This document shows, piece by piece, positions 40,335 through 54,320 of a DNA stretch of 64,000 bases. Source of the DNA: the human T2T-CHM13v2.0 reference genome, Homo sapiens; NCBI RefSeq assembly GCF_009914755.1, contig NC_060927.1, one strand, 5' to 3'. The notes beneath the pieces are model-generated. The model did no database searches, was not told the origin of the DNA, and saw nothing but the letters and a program-made list of their open reading frames with translations. Position numbers and translations under genes: made by a program. Every line of letters starts with the position of its first letter. Within the stretch, counting starts at the first letter, position 1.

Positions 40335-40555
40335 ACTGAGAAGACAGTTGTGGTTAAGAGGTGGACTCTAAAGGCAGGGAGACCTGAATTCAAATTTTGG
40401 CTTATGATTATTTCATGACATTGGGCAAGTTTCTTCGCCTCTCTGTGCTTCAGTCTCCTTCTCTGTATAATGGAAGAGAACTTGGCACTTGCACAAAGGT
40501 TGCTGTAAAGCCATTGACATAGTACTTGGCACATATTAAGTATTCAAGGGCTATT
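40335..40555 (+). mobile_element. MIR
   Basis: gtggttaagag...agacctgaattcaaatttt...gacattgggcaagtt...tctgtgcttcagtctcc. Confidence 0.8.
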
Positions 40556-40559
40556 AAGT

Positions 40560-43260
40560 GGTGAGAGCTGGCATCCTGACTTGTTCCTGATCTTAGGAAG
40601 GAAGTATCTAATATTTCACCATTAATGTTAGCTGTAGGTTTCTCATATATACCCTTTATTAGGTTGAACAAGTTACCAATTTACTGAGAGATGTTATTAT
40701 ATATGAATGTTAACTTTTGGCAAACTGTTTTTTGCATCTGTTGAAATGACCATATAGTTTTTCTCTTTTATCCTGTTAATGTGATTAATTAGATGGAATC
40801 TTGTGTTTCTGTGGTAAATCCTACTTACTCATAATCCCTTTTATAGAGTTGAATTAAATTTGCTAACATGTATTATTAAGGATTTTTATATCTATGTTCA
40901 TGACAAATAGAGCTCTTTAATTTTCTTTCTACTTTATTTTAAGTTCTGGGATACATGTGCAGGAAGTGCAAGTTTGTTACATAGGTAAACATGTGCCATG
41001 GTGGTTTGCTGTATCTATCAACCTATCACCCAGGTATTAAGCCCCACATGCATTAGATATTTATTCTGACGTGCTCCCTCCTCCCACACCCCTGACAGGC
41101 CCCAGTGTGTGTTGTTCCCCTCCCCATGTCCATGTGTTCTCATTGTTCAGCTCCCACTTATAAGTGAGAACATATGGTGTTTGGTTTTGTGTTCCTGTGT
41201 TAGTTTGCTGAAGATAATAGCTTCCAGCTCCATCCATGTCCCTGCAAAGGACATGATCTTTTCCCTCTTTTTGGCTGCATAGTATTCCATGGTGTATATG
41301 TATTTTCTTTATCCAGTCTATCATTGATGGGGATTTGAGTTGATTCCGTGTCTTTGTTATTGTGAATAGTGCTGCAGTGAACATACACATGCCTGTGTCT
41401 TTATAATAGAATGATTTATATTCCTTTGGGTATATACCCAGTAATGGGATTGCTGGGTCAAATGGTGTTTCTGGTTCTAGGTCTTTGAGGAATCACCACA
41501 CTGTCTTCCACAGTGGTTGGACTGATTTATATTCCACCAACAGATTAAAGCATTCCTATTTCTTCACAACCTCATCAGCATCTGTTGTTTCTTGACCTTT
41601 TAATATCTATTTTGACTTGCATGAGATGGTATCACATTGTGGTTTTGATTTGCATTTCTCTAATGATCGATGATGTTGTAGCTAATTTTCTTTACTTTGA
41701 TATCTGTGACAGATTTTGGTATTAGGGTAATGCTAGCCTCTTAAAAAGAGTTAAAAACCATTCTTTCCTCTATTTTCTAAAAACAAATTATGTATGATTA
41801 ATGTTATTTTGTTTTTGAATGTGATAGAATTCACCAATGAAGCCATCTGGGCCTGGACTTTTCTTTAAGGAAAGGTTTCTTAAAAAAAAAAAAATACATA
41901 ACATATTCAAATTCCTTAGCATATTACTTAAATATGATAATAAGTTTTGTGTTTACTTACTTTAGGTTTACTTTGCTTTTCTCTTTCTAGCTTCTTGATT
42001 TTATATTCTCTTTCTTTTATAATACATGCTTTTAAAGCTATGAATTTCTCTCTAAGCACAGAATTGACTGCATCCCACAAATTTTGAGATGTAGTGTTTG
42101 TATTATCTTCAGTTCTAATTATTTTTTCATTTTTCTTTTAATTTTTCCTCTGATCCATGATTCTTTTAAACGTGTACTGTTTAATTTACAAATATCTAAA
42201 GTTTTTCTAGATCTCTTTATTGATTTCTGATTTATTTCCATTGTGGTCAGAGAATATATTCTGCATATTTTAAGCCTTTTAAATTGATTGAGACTTGTTT
42301 TATGTCCCAGCATATGGTCTTTATGAACATAACATGTGAGATAGAAATAAATGTGAATTCTGCAGTTGGATGTAGTATTCTATACATATCAGTTGGGACA
42401 AAATGGTGATAGTGTTATTTATATTATCCATTACTTTCTTGATCACTTCATGCCTTATTCTTTATGATTGTGGAGTGTCTATTTCTCCCTTTAACTCTAT
42501 CCATTTCTCCTTCAAGTGTTTTGAACATACCAATGAGAACTTATTTAATGTACTCATTTGAGAATCCAAACATCTGAGTTATCTCAGGGGTGACCTCTGT
42601 TGTCTTTTTCCCTTAGGAAAAGGTCCTATTTCTTGGCTCTTCACATGTCAAGTAAGTTTGAACTGTATCCTGGATATTTTGAATTGTTATAATGAAAACA
42701 CTCTGAATTGTCATAGTCCTTCAAAAATTAGTAATGTTTTGTTTTAACAGACCATTAACTTGGTTAAACTCAAACTGCAAATTGTCTTTTTGCCTGCCAT
42801 GGGCAGCAGTTCTGGTCTCGGTTCAAAAGGCTGGCAGTCTGTCCCCACATGCAGGGGACTGGGGGCAGCCAGAGACTTGGAAACGGTTTAAACACAGAGT
42901 TTGGGCCTCCCCTTCCCTGGCTATCTTCTCTCCAGGATTCTACTCTCACACTCAGGCAATCCTGTTTACCTGCTAGAAAGACAACAGGCTTTCTATCAAA
43001 GTTTTAGCCTCCACGCTGTACCACGGGGTTGCAGCTGCCCTCAGGGCAAAGGATCAAAACAAAAAACTCATCCATCCCTAGTAGCTTCCTCCAGGTTTCA
43101 GCTCCCCCACCAACATCTGCCTATTTTTAATCACTGTCTAGAGCCCTTCACTATTTGCGTGGGGGGGTGGGCGGGGAGGGGCGGGTATTTTTCCAGGTTT
43201 GTGATGTTATTGTGAGAAGGTCAGTGTGCTTACTCATCCACAGCAGAGGCTGAACTCCCC
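40560..43260 (-). mobile_element. Old L1 (L1M, ORF2 pieces plus 5'-UTR-like region), interrupted by an L1PA
   Basis: Minus-strand peptides MFNLIKGIYEKPTANI and MLGHKTSLNQFKR are ORF2 remnants. Confidence 0.8.
40929..41682 (-). mobile_element. 5'-truncated L1PA (about PA8-PA10) 3' end
   Basis: ttaagttctgggatacatgtgcag...cccacttataagtgagaacat; TSD TAATTTTCTTT at 40918-40928 and 41683-41693. Confidence 0.92.
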
Positions 43261-43937
43261 AGGTCACTTTGCTTGCTCTCTATCCCCAGATTTCATTTAA
43301 ACATGTGCAGTACATGACATTTTATATGAATTTGAATTATTCTAGTTAGAACTAGTGCAATAAGAATATTAACATGATATGATTTGATATGCGATATATA
43401 ATTTATAGTGATTTTATTAAACTAATACTAATATAATATTAAATTTATTTTACAATATTAAGTTTTTTTAAGAATTATAATGTAATGACTAAGCAAATTA
43501 TGAACTAGAACCCTATTGCCAAAAGACTTCCACCTTAGCTGATAGTCAGTCAGTGAAAGCCATTTCTCAGTACATACATCTGGATTTCTGAAAGTGACCA
43601 AGATGCTATTATTTTAAAATGTAATGTTTTTAAATTTTTAAAATATTTTTATATACCATAACAATACCATCTAAGCAATTATTAAGAGGCGATGATCATT
43701 TAAGACCTGATAACCAGCAGTTTGGGAACTGAAGCTAAATGTGAATTAACCATCTAAAGAAGGTCAAATCCACTGTTGTTTTAAGAGGGAACATTATCCT
43801 AAATATTAGAAACAATGCCAAGAAAACAAAAGTGAGCATAAAAGAGAATAATTTTATAGTTATTGTAGAGTGTATCCTCTTTGCTTTACATTTATTTCTA
43901 TGAGCTTTTAATGATATGTGCTGTTGATTAGGTAGAG

Positions 43938-44436
43938 CAGCAGTATCCAACAGAAACATTACTCAAATTATACAAATAATTGTGTAATATATTATCTAGT
44001 AGCCACATTTAAAAAAAAGAAATAGGTAAAATTGATTTCAGTAATATATGTTGTTTAACCCCAAAATATCCAATATTATTATTTCAACATGTTATCAAAT
44101 AAAAAATTGTTAATGAGAAATTTTCTATTCTAATTTTAGTTTAAAAAGTCTTTCAAATCCTGTGTATATTTTACAGTCTAAGACATCTCAAATAGGACTC
44201 TAGGTTTTTATCAGAAATATTTGATCTATATTTAGAGTTTATGTAATTTATAGTTGAAAAATTGATTCACATAACCAAACATACTTCAAAGTTTTCCAGT
44301 AACTAAATTGAGTGTGTTATTAAATTTAAATTTTTTAAAAATAAAGTTTAAACTCTAGTTTCTTGGTCATATTAGCCACATTTCAAGCATTCCAACACCA
44401 CATTCTGGCTAGTGGCTTCTGCACTAAAGAGTGCAG
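43938..44436. mobile_element. Charlie5/MER33-like hAT relic
   Basis: cagcagtatccaacagaaac...tagccacatttcaagc...ggctagtggct...agtgcag. Confidence 0.75.
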
Positions 44437-44565
44437 ACATAGAATATTAAAAAAGTCATTTTTCGAGGAGGAGTTTTCAATTTGTGCCTAAGTTCCTAAA
44501 GACACTAGTGATGAGAAATACTCAGAAGGAAGCAGAGGAAAAAAATAAATTTAAAAAGTAGATGG

Positions 44566-44973
44566 TGTCTTAGTCTGATTTCCTGGTGTTTATAATATAA
44601 TAGTTGAAACTGGGTAATTTTTTTTAAAAAAAAAGAACTTATTTTTTTTTTACAGTTATGGAGGGTGAGAAGTCCATGGTCGAGGGGCCACAACTGGTGA
44701 GGCCCTTCTTGCCGGTGGGGACTCTGCAGAGTCCTGAGACAGCATAAGCATAAATATGACAAGAAGGCTGAGTGTTGTCATTCAAGTCTCTTTTCTTCTT
44801 TTTATAAATCCCCCAGTCCCACGCCCATGATAACCTGCTAACTCATTAATCCATGAATTAGCAGAGCCCTCCCGACCCAATCACCTCTTAAAGGCCTCAC
44901 CTCTCAACACTGCCACATTGGGGATTAAATTTCAACATGAATTTTGGAGGGGACAAACATTCAAACCATAGCA
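44566..44973 (-). mobile_element. MSTB-type MaLR solo LTR
   Basis: tgtcttagtc...ggggacaaacattcaaaccatagca; TSD gatgg/gatga. Confidence 0.88.
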
Positions 44974-47169
44974 GATGAGGACAAACAGACTTTGGGTAAA
45001 CTTCTGACTGGTTCAACTTTGGGGCCCCATCTCAGCCCCATGTTTGGACACTGAAAAAATGGGGAGAGAGAGATTCCAAAGATTTTACCTGTCAGCATGA
45101 TTTGCACCAATTCTATGTGAATATTAAGTCTTCCTCTGGTTAATTGAGGAGGCTGCAATATTCAGCCCCTATATCTTGAGTGCTCATTGACACTCAAAAA
45201 CCTCAAATACGTTTAATTGTTTGGGCCTATGTGTAGCTTCTGTTTCTGAAACTTAACTTTAACCCGCTGAATGGAGTCTTGGGCTTCTGGGAAACTCCAT
45301 GCCTGCTAGATTCCTCCTTACAGGAGGTGGCTGCTTACAGAGATGTTGTTGACAGAGGTAATCGGACATGGTAAACGGCCATTATATTTGTATGGGACTT
45401 CTTTAACTCTCCAAGGTGTTTCAATGTCTATTATTTTCCTAAAGGACAAGTAAGAGTTAACCAAGGTAGGATCTAGGTAATGATCATGGAGGGGTCTGAC
45501 TAATGTATCACCTGAGAGCTGTGGGCAAATGAGATCCCTTCCTTGTTTAATAAGATTCTCTACTCCTGCTTGACAGTGGGAAAACAATTTATCCAGATCT
45601 TGTAACTGGGTCCAGGGCAGTATTTCTTGAGACATAGGGTTTAAAATGCTCTCTTGGCAAATATTAAAAATTTAGATATTACAAAGTCAGTCATCATCCT
45701 TTTCCAAGTGTTTTCATTGCTCTCTTCCTCCTCTTTGCAATCTTCCAACACCTGACTAGAATGGTGGGCACCTCAGAATCAACCAGTGCATCAGCAGGAG
45801 GGCTGGGAGTCTGTAAAAAGGGAAAGGGCACAACAGCAGAACCCGGGAAGTGCCTGTCTGGGCTGGTCTGCCATCCCTTTGTGCTGGCTTGCTCATAAAA
45901 CTGTCTGACAGTTAAACTAGCTTTTTATAAGTCATTCAACCCACTCCCTGACTTACTACATTCTCAGTTTTTTCAAAAAAGAAAGTTCTATTCTGATTGT
46001 CGTATGATGACCATAGGACAATGGTTTTATTCCCATTTTACAGATGAGAAGATGGAGGTATGGTTCATTTTCAAATTTATCAAGATGATAAATGAAGAGT
46101 TGGGATTTGAATCCAGGTTTACCCTTCTTTTAGGCACTGACCTGTACTACCTGCAATATCTTAAAATAGAAGCACTGAAATGCCATTGTAAAGAAAGGGA
46201 CATGACAGTGTCCAGAGGACAAGGCCTTGTCTCAGCAGAATCAGTTTCAGGAGCTGAAACTCCTTCCTTCTTACAGCTACAGCACTTCTCTGGTGGTTAC
46301 ATGACAGCAAGCAATTGATTCTGGAAGTATTTAGGAGGCAAGATTAAGCCATCATTGTCTGTGTTCTCACAATACCCAGAAACAACACCTATTGCAGCCT
46401 TTGCAGTACTTCATTGCACTTAACTTTTTGTCCATCTGCCTCCTTCTCCTGTCTGTAAACACGGAGGTGGTTTCTGATTCATCCAAATCTCCAGCCCCAG
46501 GCAGGTCAGGGCACAGAACGATGTAGGCTGTTTTCACTGTTCCCCTAAATAAGTGCCTGACCCATAGTAAACACTGAATAAGTATGAACTACAGTGATTT
46601 TTGTAAATTGTTATTATTATTCATTTTGTTCTTACTATATTATTTATGTCCAGGGATGGTTTGCTGAGTGAATGAGTACAGTAGGTTTTTGTACTTGGAC
46701 TCCTTTAATTCCAGAACCACTGGGCACCAGGCAGACCATTATTTCAAGTTCCACTTGACCAAATTATGACTAGCTGAGTCAGAGGGACCTCTCCAAGTCT
46801 CTCAGCATATAAATAAGTTTTTACGTCATGTATTCACCCAACAAATATTGCCAAAGAATAAAAAAAGAATCACCTTTATTTGCTTTTCAGAAACATAATA
46901 ACTGCTTTGTTAATCTTCCAAAAGAGGGAGATTTTGATCTTGGCACAAAGCTTTAGAAAAATGACTTTTAAAATAAAATAATATGTTTTATTTTGCTCAA
47001 TTCTAAGTAGAAAGAAAGGTATAAATGGTGAAAACTGCCCCCTCCCCCTGCTTTGGTTGAATGGGAACCAAGGTTAAGTTATCACTATGCACCTAGCTGC
47101 TTGCAGGCCAGAAGGCAGGATTTATTATAATTGTAATAATAAAAAGTAGATAGACCTTTATACTTCCCA

Positions 47170-47340
47170 CATCTCTTCCACGTTTAGTGTGTCATTGTAG
47201 CCTCATGGAACTTTCAGGATTAGGCATGGTAGTATCTTCAGCTGTAATAAAGAGAAACTTGAGAACCACCCAAGGTCACACAGCTGAGAAGGGCAGAGAT
47301 GGAACTCAGCAGGGCCTGTCCGAGTATCCCCAACCCAGAT
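47170..47340 (-). mobile_element. MIR
   Basis: gagaaacttgagaaccacccaaggtcacacagctg. Confidence 0.6.
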
Positions 47341-48264
47341 GTGTGAAGAAACACCCTACGTAACATCCTGCAAATGTTTCCCTTTAGCTTTCTACTTTTG
47401 AAGATTTTAAGTGTTTCATCTGAAGTGGGAGGGTTTAAACTCAATGTTCTGTTACAATATGGATTTATTTCTACATTCAGCCCTAAAGTGATATTCTGGA
47501 CATGATTACCTCTTGATGTGATTGGCACTTTTCCTTTCCTGTCTTATTATACTTAAAGTGACTAGAGATGATCCCATGTAGAGAGGGACTTTAAAAACTT
47601 CATCCACTCAGCCCTCTGGCAGTGTGGTCAGTGTTGACTGTCTGCCAACTGTGTACTAGAGAGGACAGTGTGCAGCTGAGAGCAGATGATACCATAATCT
47701 GTCTGGAGGGACCTCACCAATCTGAAGGAGAGGCTTTATAAGAGCCAGCTATTTCCTCAAACCTGGAGGCAGAGACTTGGCCAGGTGTTCGCTCCAGGAA
47801 GACCGCCTTCATGTTTTGAGTTCAGTGTTTCTCAAAAGAACCCTATAATCATCTGCAGTGAGATGATTCTTGGTAGTATACGACTGATCTGCTTAGGGCA
47901 AGATATTTAGCACCTTGACTCTTGCCCAGTGAATGCCATTAGCAATTCCCCATCACTGCGATGAGCAAAAACAGTCAAACAAAACATCCCCCTCACTAAA
48001 CTCTCCCCGTGGGAGCAGTGCTGGCCCTCGATGAGATTATGAAAATGTAGAGGATGTTGTCATTCAGAGAAAAAAATGTGTGTAATAAACTGTGGCTGAT
48101 AGGTGCAAGGTGCTTCAAGGAGTCAGATTGTTTGAATGTCACACATGTGACATTCAAAATATTTCTGATGTTGAAATGATCTCTACCTTCAGCCTTTTCA
48201 GTTCTTAAACAGGAACAGGGAGTTTGCCTGAGGTGTGTGACTTTTCTTCAATATAATAACAGGG

Positions 48265-48425
48265 AAGAGAGCTAACAATTACACAGTGCTTAGCATATGT
48301 TAACTCATTTAATCCTCCCAATAACCAATAACCCTATGAGTTAACTACTATTAATACCATCCCACTTACAGATGAGGAAACAGGCACAGAGAGGTAAGTG
48401 ACTTCCCTACAGTCCCATGGTAGTT
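48265..48425 (-). mobile_element. MIR
   Basis: ctcatttaatcctc...cccacttacagatgaggaaacaggcacagagaggtaagtgactt. Confidence 0.8.
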
Positions 48426-48691
48426 AACTGCATAACTATTTCATTCCAGCCCATCTGGGCCAGATTTGGATAGAGATGTGGAAATAATTTCCCCAGCCCC
48501 CCAACAATTTATTATGTGGACATGCAATTCTTCTTACTCTTACTACAAAGGCCTAGCTGTGGAATACAAAGCAAACTGAGCCGCTCTGAGGCTGGGAGCA
48601 CTCTGCAAGGTGATGGGTCATGTTTTTAGCATCAGGAGCAGGGTATGGAATTATGAGCTGGGGGGACACTATTATTGGTAAATTGTAAAAA

Positions 48692-50374
48692 CAGCAGTTC
48701 TCATGTTTTTTGGTCTTATGACCCCTTTACACTCTTAAATATTATTAAAGATTCTCAAGAGTTTTTCTTTATGTGGGCTACATCTGCATGTCCAATATTT
48801 ACTATATCAAAAATTAAAACTGAGAAACTTTCAAATGTTCATTCACTTAAAAAATAACAATAAACTCAATACATATTAACACAAGTAACATAATTTGACA
48901 AAAAAAGATATATTTTTGGAAAAAAAAACAAATTAGTGAGAAGAGTGCCATTGTTTACATTTTTGCAGTCCCTAATATTGAGCTTAATAGAAAACAGCTA
49001 AGTCCTCATATCTTTTATTGCCTTCAACCTGTTGTGATATGTTATTTAGGTAGAAGTATATGAAGAAAATATGACCTCACCCAGGTAGGTAGTTGGAAAG
49101 GAAGTGGTATTTTAATAATATTATTGTAGATAATATTAAGTTATAGATATTCTTCTCTGATAGTACACCAGAGCTCCACAAATAATAATTTCTTAAAGAT
49201 TAGGTAAAAACGAATCTGAAATTGCATTAAATTTATGCACTGTCTCCAACCATTAAAGCTGCTGTAACGAAATACCTTAGAGTGGTGTCTTATAAAGAAC
49301 AACAATTTATTTCTCACAGTTCTGGAGGCTGAGAAGTCCAAGATCAAGGCACTGACACCTTCAGTGTCTTTTGAGGGCCCATTTTCTCATAGATAGCACC
49401 TTCTCACTGTAACCTCACATGGCTGAAGAGGACAGGGATCTCTCTGGAGGCTTTTATAAGAGCACAAATCATGACCTAATTAACTCCCAAAGGCTCCATC
49501 TCCTAATACCTTCACTTTGGTGATTTGGTTTCAATGTATGAACTTGGGAGAACATAAACATTCAGTCCATTGCACGTTGTTACATTAAAATCCATAAAAG
49601 TTTCTTGTGCTTTGAATCTTTTACTTGTACATGACTGTGTGACATTATGCATTGGTTGTTTGAGAGATACTGGTTCATTGTTAAGTGGTTCCTTCAAAAG
49701 TTGGTATATTTCATTATACAATATCAAAAGTCTCATGCATTAATATCACTACCCATCTTATCAGACAAGTATCAGACACAGGCTTCCCCAAACTGAAAGC
49801 TTCAGTTTTATCATTGACAGCAAATACTCTCAGTTCTTTTTCTTGGTGGGACAGGCTTACTTCCAAAAACATCTGCCACACATTCAAGTTTGAATAAACA
49901 TAGTTCATCTGTCAATCATTCTTTCAAGTAAAAAATGTCATTTTATGAAAAAAGGTCCTAGTTCAGTTCACAATTTAGATCACACAAGTGCTTTTCCTAG
50001 ACACAAACCAGCATACTTTGCCATGCCAAGGTGTTTAAAGTGCACTTTCCATTTCATCCCACAGAATATTAAAAAGACATGAACTCATTGTGATTTAATA
50101 AAAATTGATAATATTTACTGTATCATTAAAGTCATTCTTAAGTGAAATTGGCTTTTTTCCCCTACATGTATGCTTTGATGAAGAATGCAGTTAGCCACTC
50201 ACTAAGCCACCAGCACTTTTACTCCCCATTGCTTTTATGTCATCAGTGCAAATGTCAACACAGACAAAAAGTCAAATAACATCTTAGTATTAATATGATG
50301 ATCACTTTGACTTTTTGAACCCTTACAAAGTGTCTTGGGGATGCCAGACTGACAGAGCACACTCAGAACCACTG
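48692..50374. mobile_element. Charlie1a-like hAT element, interrupted by an MLT1A
   Basis: cagcagttctcatgttttttggtcttatgacccctttacactcttaaa...cacactcagaaccactg termini. Confidence 0.8.
49241..49574 (-). mobile_element. MLT1A-like MaLR solo LTR nested in Charlie1
   Basis: gctgctgtaacgaaatacc...tttatttctcacagttctggaggctgagaagtccaagatcaagg...aacattcagtccattgca. Confidence 0.85.
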
Positions 50375-51496
50375 TCCTAGAACATCACACTCACCCAGTA
50401 AGTGATAAGCTGCATGAAAGAACAAAAAGGGTGCTGACCGTAGATGCCAAGATTTTAGTCCTTAGTTGGCTTTATGCTGTCAAAGTGACCTTGGATGAAC
50501 ACGTAATCTCTCTGAGGCTCAGTTTCCTCATCTAAAAAATTGAATTAGCTTACTTTGTTGTTCAAAAGTATTCAAAGGAAGGAGCAAAATGTGCTCTAAA
50601 AATCAAGTTAAAGACCTTTCCCCCAGAATCCTATGTGAGGTATTAGGAGACAACTACACCAACTTCTGCTGGTGTCTTTCTGCTGAGAAGCAGGTAACTG
50701 TGAGATACCTGCTCACAGGACTGAGGGTCCGGAGTGGTCATGTCTCACTCAGGCACAGCAGGGGCTCATCTTCTGGTCTGGCCCTGAAGGGGGCTCTTGG
50801 TGAAGCCCCAGTTCAGCCACCTTGGCCCACAGCCCATGTGAGCCTGGTGGCCTGGTGCTGCTGGCCTCCTTTTCCACGCAGCCCATGGCTAGCCTCACAC
50901 CCATGCTCATCTGTGTGTTGTCCACACACAATTCCTGGCACAGTAGCAGTTCTCTCACCCAAAAGCATATTGGAGGGCAAGATTTTGAAAATGATATCTT
51001 TATATGAAAACCATTAGGTCTGATCTTTTACTTTTAAATGTATCATCCTCCCACTGCAGTGCTCTGTTAGTATAATAACAAATGCTAGTGACAAGCCTCA
51101 CAAAAAAAGTTCTTGTATAAGACATAAGACAGCCTAATGTGTCTTACACTGACACTGAGAACTGCTGTTTTAAATATCTTTCTATCTAGAATTTTGTCCT
51201 GGGACCTTTCTTCCAGAAGTCTCTGTTTCAACTTGTCATGACGTTTTAAATATTCTATTTGGTATAGTTCTAAGTAAAGATATATTTAAAACTTTAAATT
51301 ATTAGCTTGAATTTTACCTTTTCTATTATGCAATGTCCATTTTTAAATACAAATATAAGAGCATTTAGCTAGCATACAGAATACCAAAATTACAGAATTT
51401 GTATTTTACAGTTCATATATACATATGTATTTAATTCTTACCACAACAGTATAAATACTACACAAAACAAACTCAACTGTTTTAATTTGACTTCCA

Positions 51497-51714
51497 TTTT
51501 TTTCTTTTTCAACTTTTATCTTAGATTCCGTGGGTGCATATTCAGGTTTGTTACAAAGGTATATTGCTTGGTGCTAGAGTTTGGAGTATGATTGATCACG
51601 TCACCAAGAAAGTGAGCATAGTACCCAATAGGTAGTTTTCCTGACCTTGCCTCCCTGCCTCCCTCCCCCTGTTTGTATTCCCCAGTGTCTATTCCCCATC
51701 TTTATGTTCATGTG
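51497..51714 (-). mobile_element. L1PA15/16-like 3' end fragment
   Basis: caacttttatcttagattcc...gtgagcatagtacccaataggtagtttt. Confidence 0.85.
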
Positions 51715-52211
51715 AATATTACTCTTTACCTTTGGGTTACTGATAGCAAGGGCAGCCTGAAAAAAAAAAAAGCAATGAGTCGTCTGATCTTCCCTTTTCC
51801 CCTCCACCATCGTTTTCAGTGTAAGTGATTGGCTAATACAGGATGTAATGTGAATAAGACAGGCTACAACAGGGTTCCTTGGTTGTTCACATTTCTCAGT
51901 TTTCTACTCCCTCTTTTTGCATTTGAAACAAGTTCTAGTTCAAAGGGGAAGTGTGGCCTCTTGGGGAGGTCAGCTTCCTACTTAGTCAGTTGAAGACATA
52001 ACATGATTACCTTGTTCTCACTCTGAGTCCCACTGAAATCCCACATGTTGTTGGGTCCATGGGAATTCTGAAAGCTATATGCAAATGGGGCAGCAAGACG
52101 TGGTGGACATGCGTATTGCAGCCTTCTCCTCTGCTCATAACATGCTCCATTGTCCCATCAGACTTTATTCACAAAACAGAGGTTCAAAGATAAAATTATT
52201 AAGAACTTCAA

Positions 52212-52502
52212 GGCTGAGCACAGTGGCTCACACCTGTAATCCCAGCACTTTGGGAGGCCGACAGGAGAATGGCTTGAGGTCAGGAGTTCGAGACCAGCTT
52301 GGACAACATAATGAGACCTCCATCTTTGCAAAATAAAAAACTTAGCTGGTTGTTGGTGGCACACACCTGTAGCCCCAGCCACTCAGGAGGCTAAAATGGA
52401 AGGATTGCTTGAGCTCCGGAGTTTGAGGCTGCAGTGAGCTATGATCACACTACTGCATTCCAGCCTGGGTGACAAACCAAGACCTCATCTTAAAAAAAAA
52501 AA
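52212..52502 (+). mobile_element. AluJ
   Basis: gaaggattgcttgagctccggagtttgaggctgcagtgagctatgatc; A tail. Confidence 0.94.
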
Positions 52503-52619
52503 CTCAGGACAGAGACAGAAGAGATTAAAACCAAGCTCAGGATGCTTCTGAGCACAGGACCCTGGGTGGCTCTTAGGTCCCAAGCCTGTGAAGCTAGCTC
52601 TGCCCCACGGCCTCCACTC

Positions 52620-52967
52620 CTGCCACACTGGGCCTGCGGTCCCTTGGACTCACCATGTTCCTTTCTTCTGAAGGGTCCTAAGCCACCACATTCTTAGGGA
52701 GGCCCTCCCTGCCTTGCCTGACCAGGCCAGAATACTTTTAGCACACATAGCTCTCCTTCAGTGTACTCATCACCATCACCATCCTTCTTTCAGGTACTGA
52801 TTATTTGACTGCTTATTTCCCTTTCTACCAGACTGCAAGCGGCTTACAGGCCAGCGCTGGGTCTATTTTTGTTTATTATTGGTTTACCAGTGCTTGGCAC
52901 ATAGTGCCTAAAAAATATTTGTGAGAAGAATGAATATTTATGAGGTGGATGAATAAATGAATGAATG
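52620..52967 (+). mobile_element. L2 3' end
   Basis: ccagtgcttggcacatag...aaatatttg...(TGAA)n. Confidence 0.75.
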
Positions 52968-54084
52968 TTTTTGCAACCAGAACCCAAGTGTCAGGTGAAG
53001 AGGTGGGATAAATGAGGGTGACATGAATGTTAGGTTCTGTTCTAGGTTTTGATGAAAACAAAGTGGGTCTTGATTGTCCTTTTTACTTGTCTGTCTTTTC
53101 TATCAGGTAAGAAGTACTTTAGGATAAAGCATCCTTATATTTTAAGGTACCCAAGTTGTTAGTCTTTGTGTCCTCAGACCTAGCACAGTGCCTGAGACTT
53201 AGCCCTCGGAAAAATTAGTTCTATTGAATTGAATTGTTCCGTAGATGGAAATATGTCACCTAAACTTTATCTTGTCTTCCCTTTGTATCTCCTCTTTCCT
53301 CTCCTCTGTCTTCTTTCCCTCTCTACTCTCCTTTTCTGTTGTTAAGGATTTCTGCATCTTGAAAACTACTTAGTTGTGATCAGATCTTTCCAAGAGAAGA
53401 TTACACTCATCTATTCTAGGTTTGACTTGAGTCTTCAAAGAGAAATGGTCTGATTAGCCTTATAACCATGGCAGTGGTTGGGCACTCCAGAGAATGCCCC
53501 AGAAACAGTCTAGACACATTTGTTGATAATATTGTCATATTGGCATTGATCTTGGGAGAGAATCAAAAAGCAGCTACTTTAGAGGTTCATCTATTCAACG
53601 CTTCTAATTTAGAGAAGAAATTAAACTTGAGAATTTGAGAAACCCTATTCTCCTGCCCTGGAGGCTGCAGAACTTGTCAGAATGCACAGTACTGAAATGC
53701 CTAGTGATCCCAAAAAACGGAAGTGAATGGGAACTAGCCTTCTTACTGGAACTGGGTCCATAACCTGTCTTGTCCATTTATTCCACAAGTACATTGAGAA
53801 ATGGCTAGGAGGGGTGGCGGCGGGGGAGTGGGAGATGGGGGTGGTAGTGAAAAGGAAATGTTAATAATGAAATTGAGGATCAATGAAATTCTTTTTGAAA
53901 AGCATAAAGGTAAGATTGGTATTGATTGAACATCTTGGAAAACATTGTTAGTAAGAGATCATGGCATGATTCCTATATGTAAATCAGAGGATTTCTTTCC
54001 TGAATGAGACTTGAATTGGAATGTAGAGAGTTTCTCCAGGCAATCCATGGAGTGGTTCCTTAGAAGTTATGGGGCTGTTTGGAG

Positions 54085-54320
54085 ATGGTGTGGTGGGATA
54101 GAAAGTACATGGACTTAGGAATCAGCCATACCTGGGTTTAATACTTAGCTTTAGCTCTGTGACATTGAGCAAATATTTAACCTTTCTGATTTTATTTTTT
54201 AAAAATTGGAATAAATTGATATAAAATACTTGCCTTGCAGGTTTTTTATGAAGTTCAAATGAAGTTCTCTGGGTATGGGTACAAAGCTTGGTGCCTGGTG
54301 CAGAGCAAGCATGCAATCAT
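54085..54320 (+). mobile_element. MIR
   Basis: ggaatcagccatacctgggttt...tctgtgacattgagcaaatatttaacctttctg. Confidence 0.75.

Larger units (their letters stand above)
51200..52602 (-). mobile_element. Zaphod/MER91-family hAT-Tip100 relic, interrupted by an L1PA and an AluJ
   Basis: aaattattaagaacttcaa|Alu|...ttaaaaccaagctcagg...cctgtgaagctagctctg matches the MER91/Zaphod terminus; left boundary uncertain. Confidence 0.6.
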
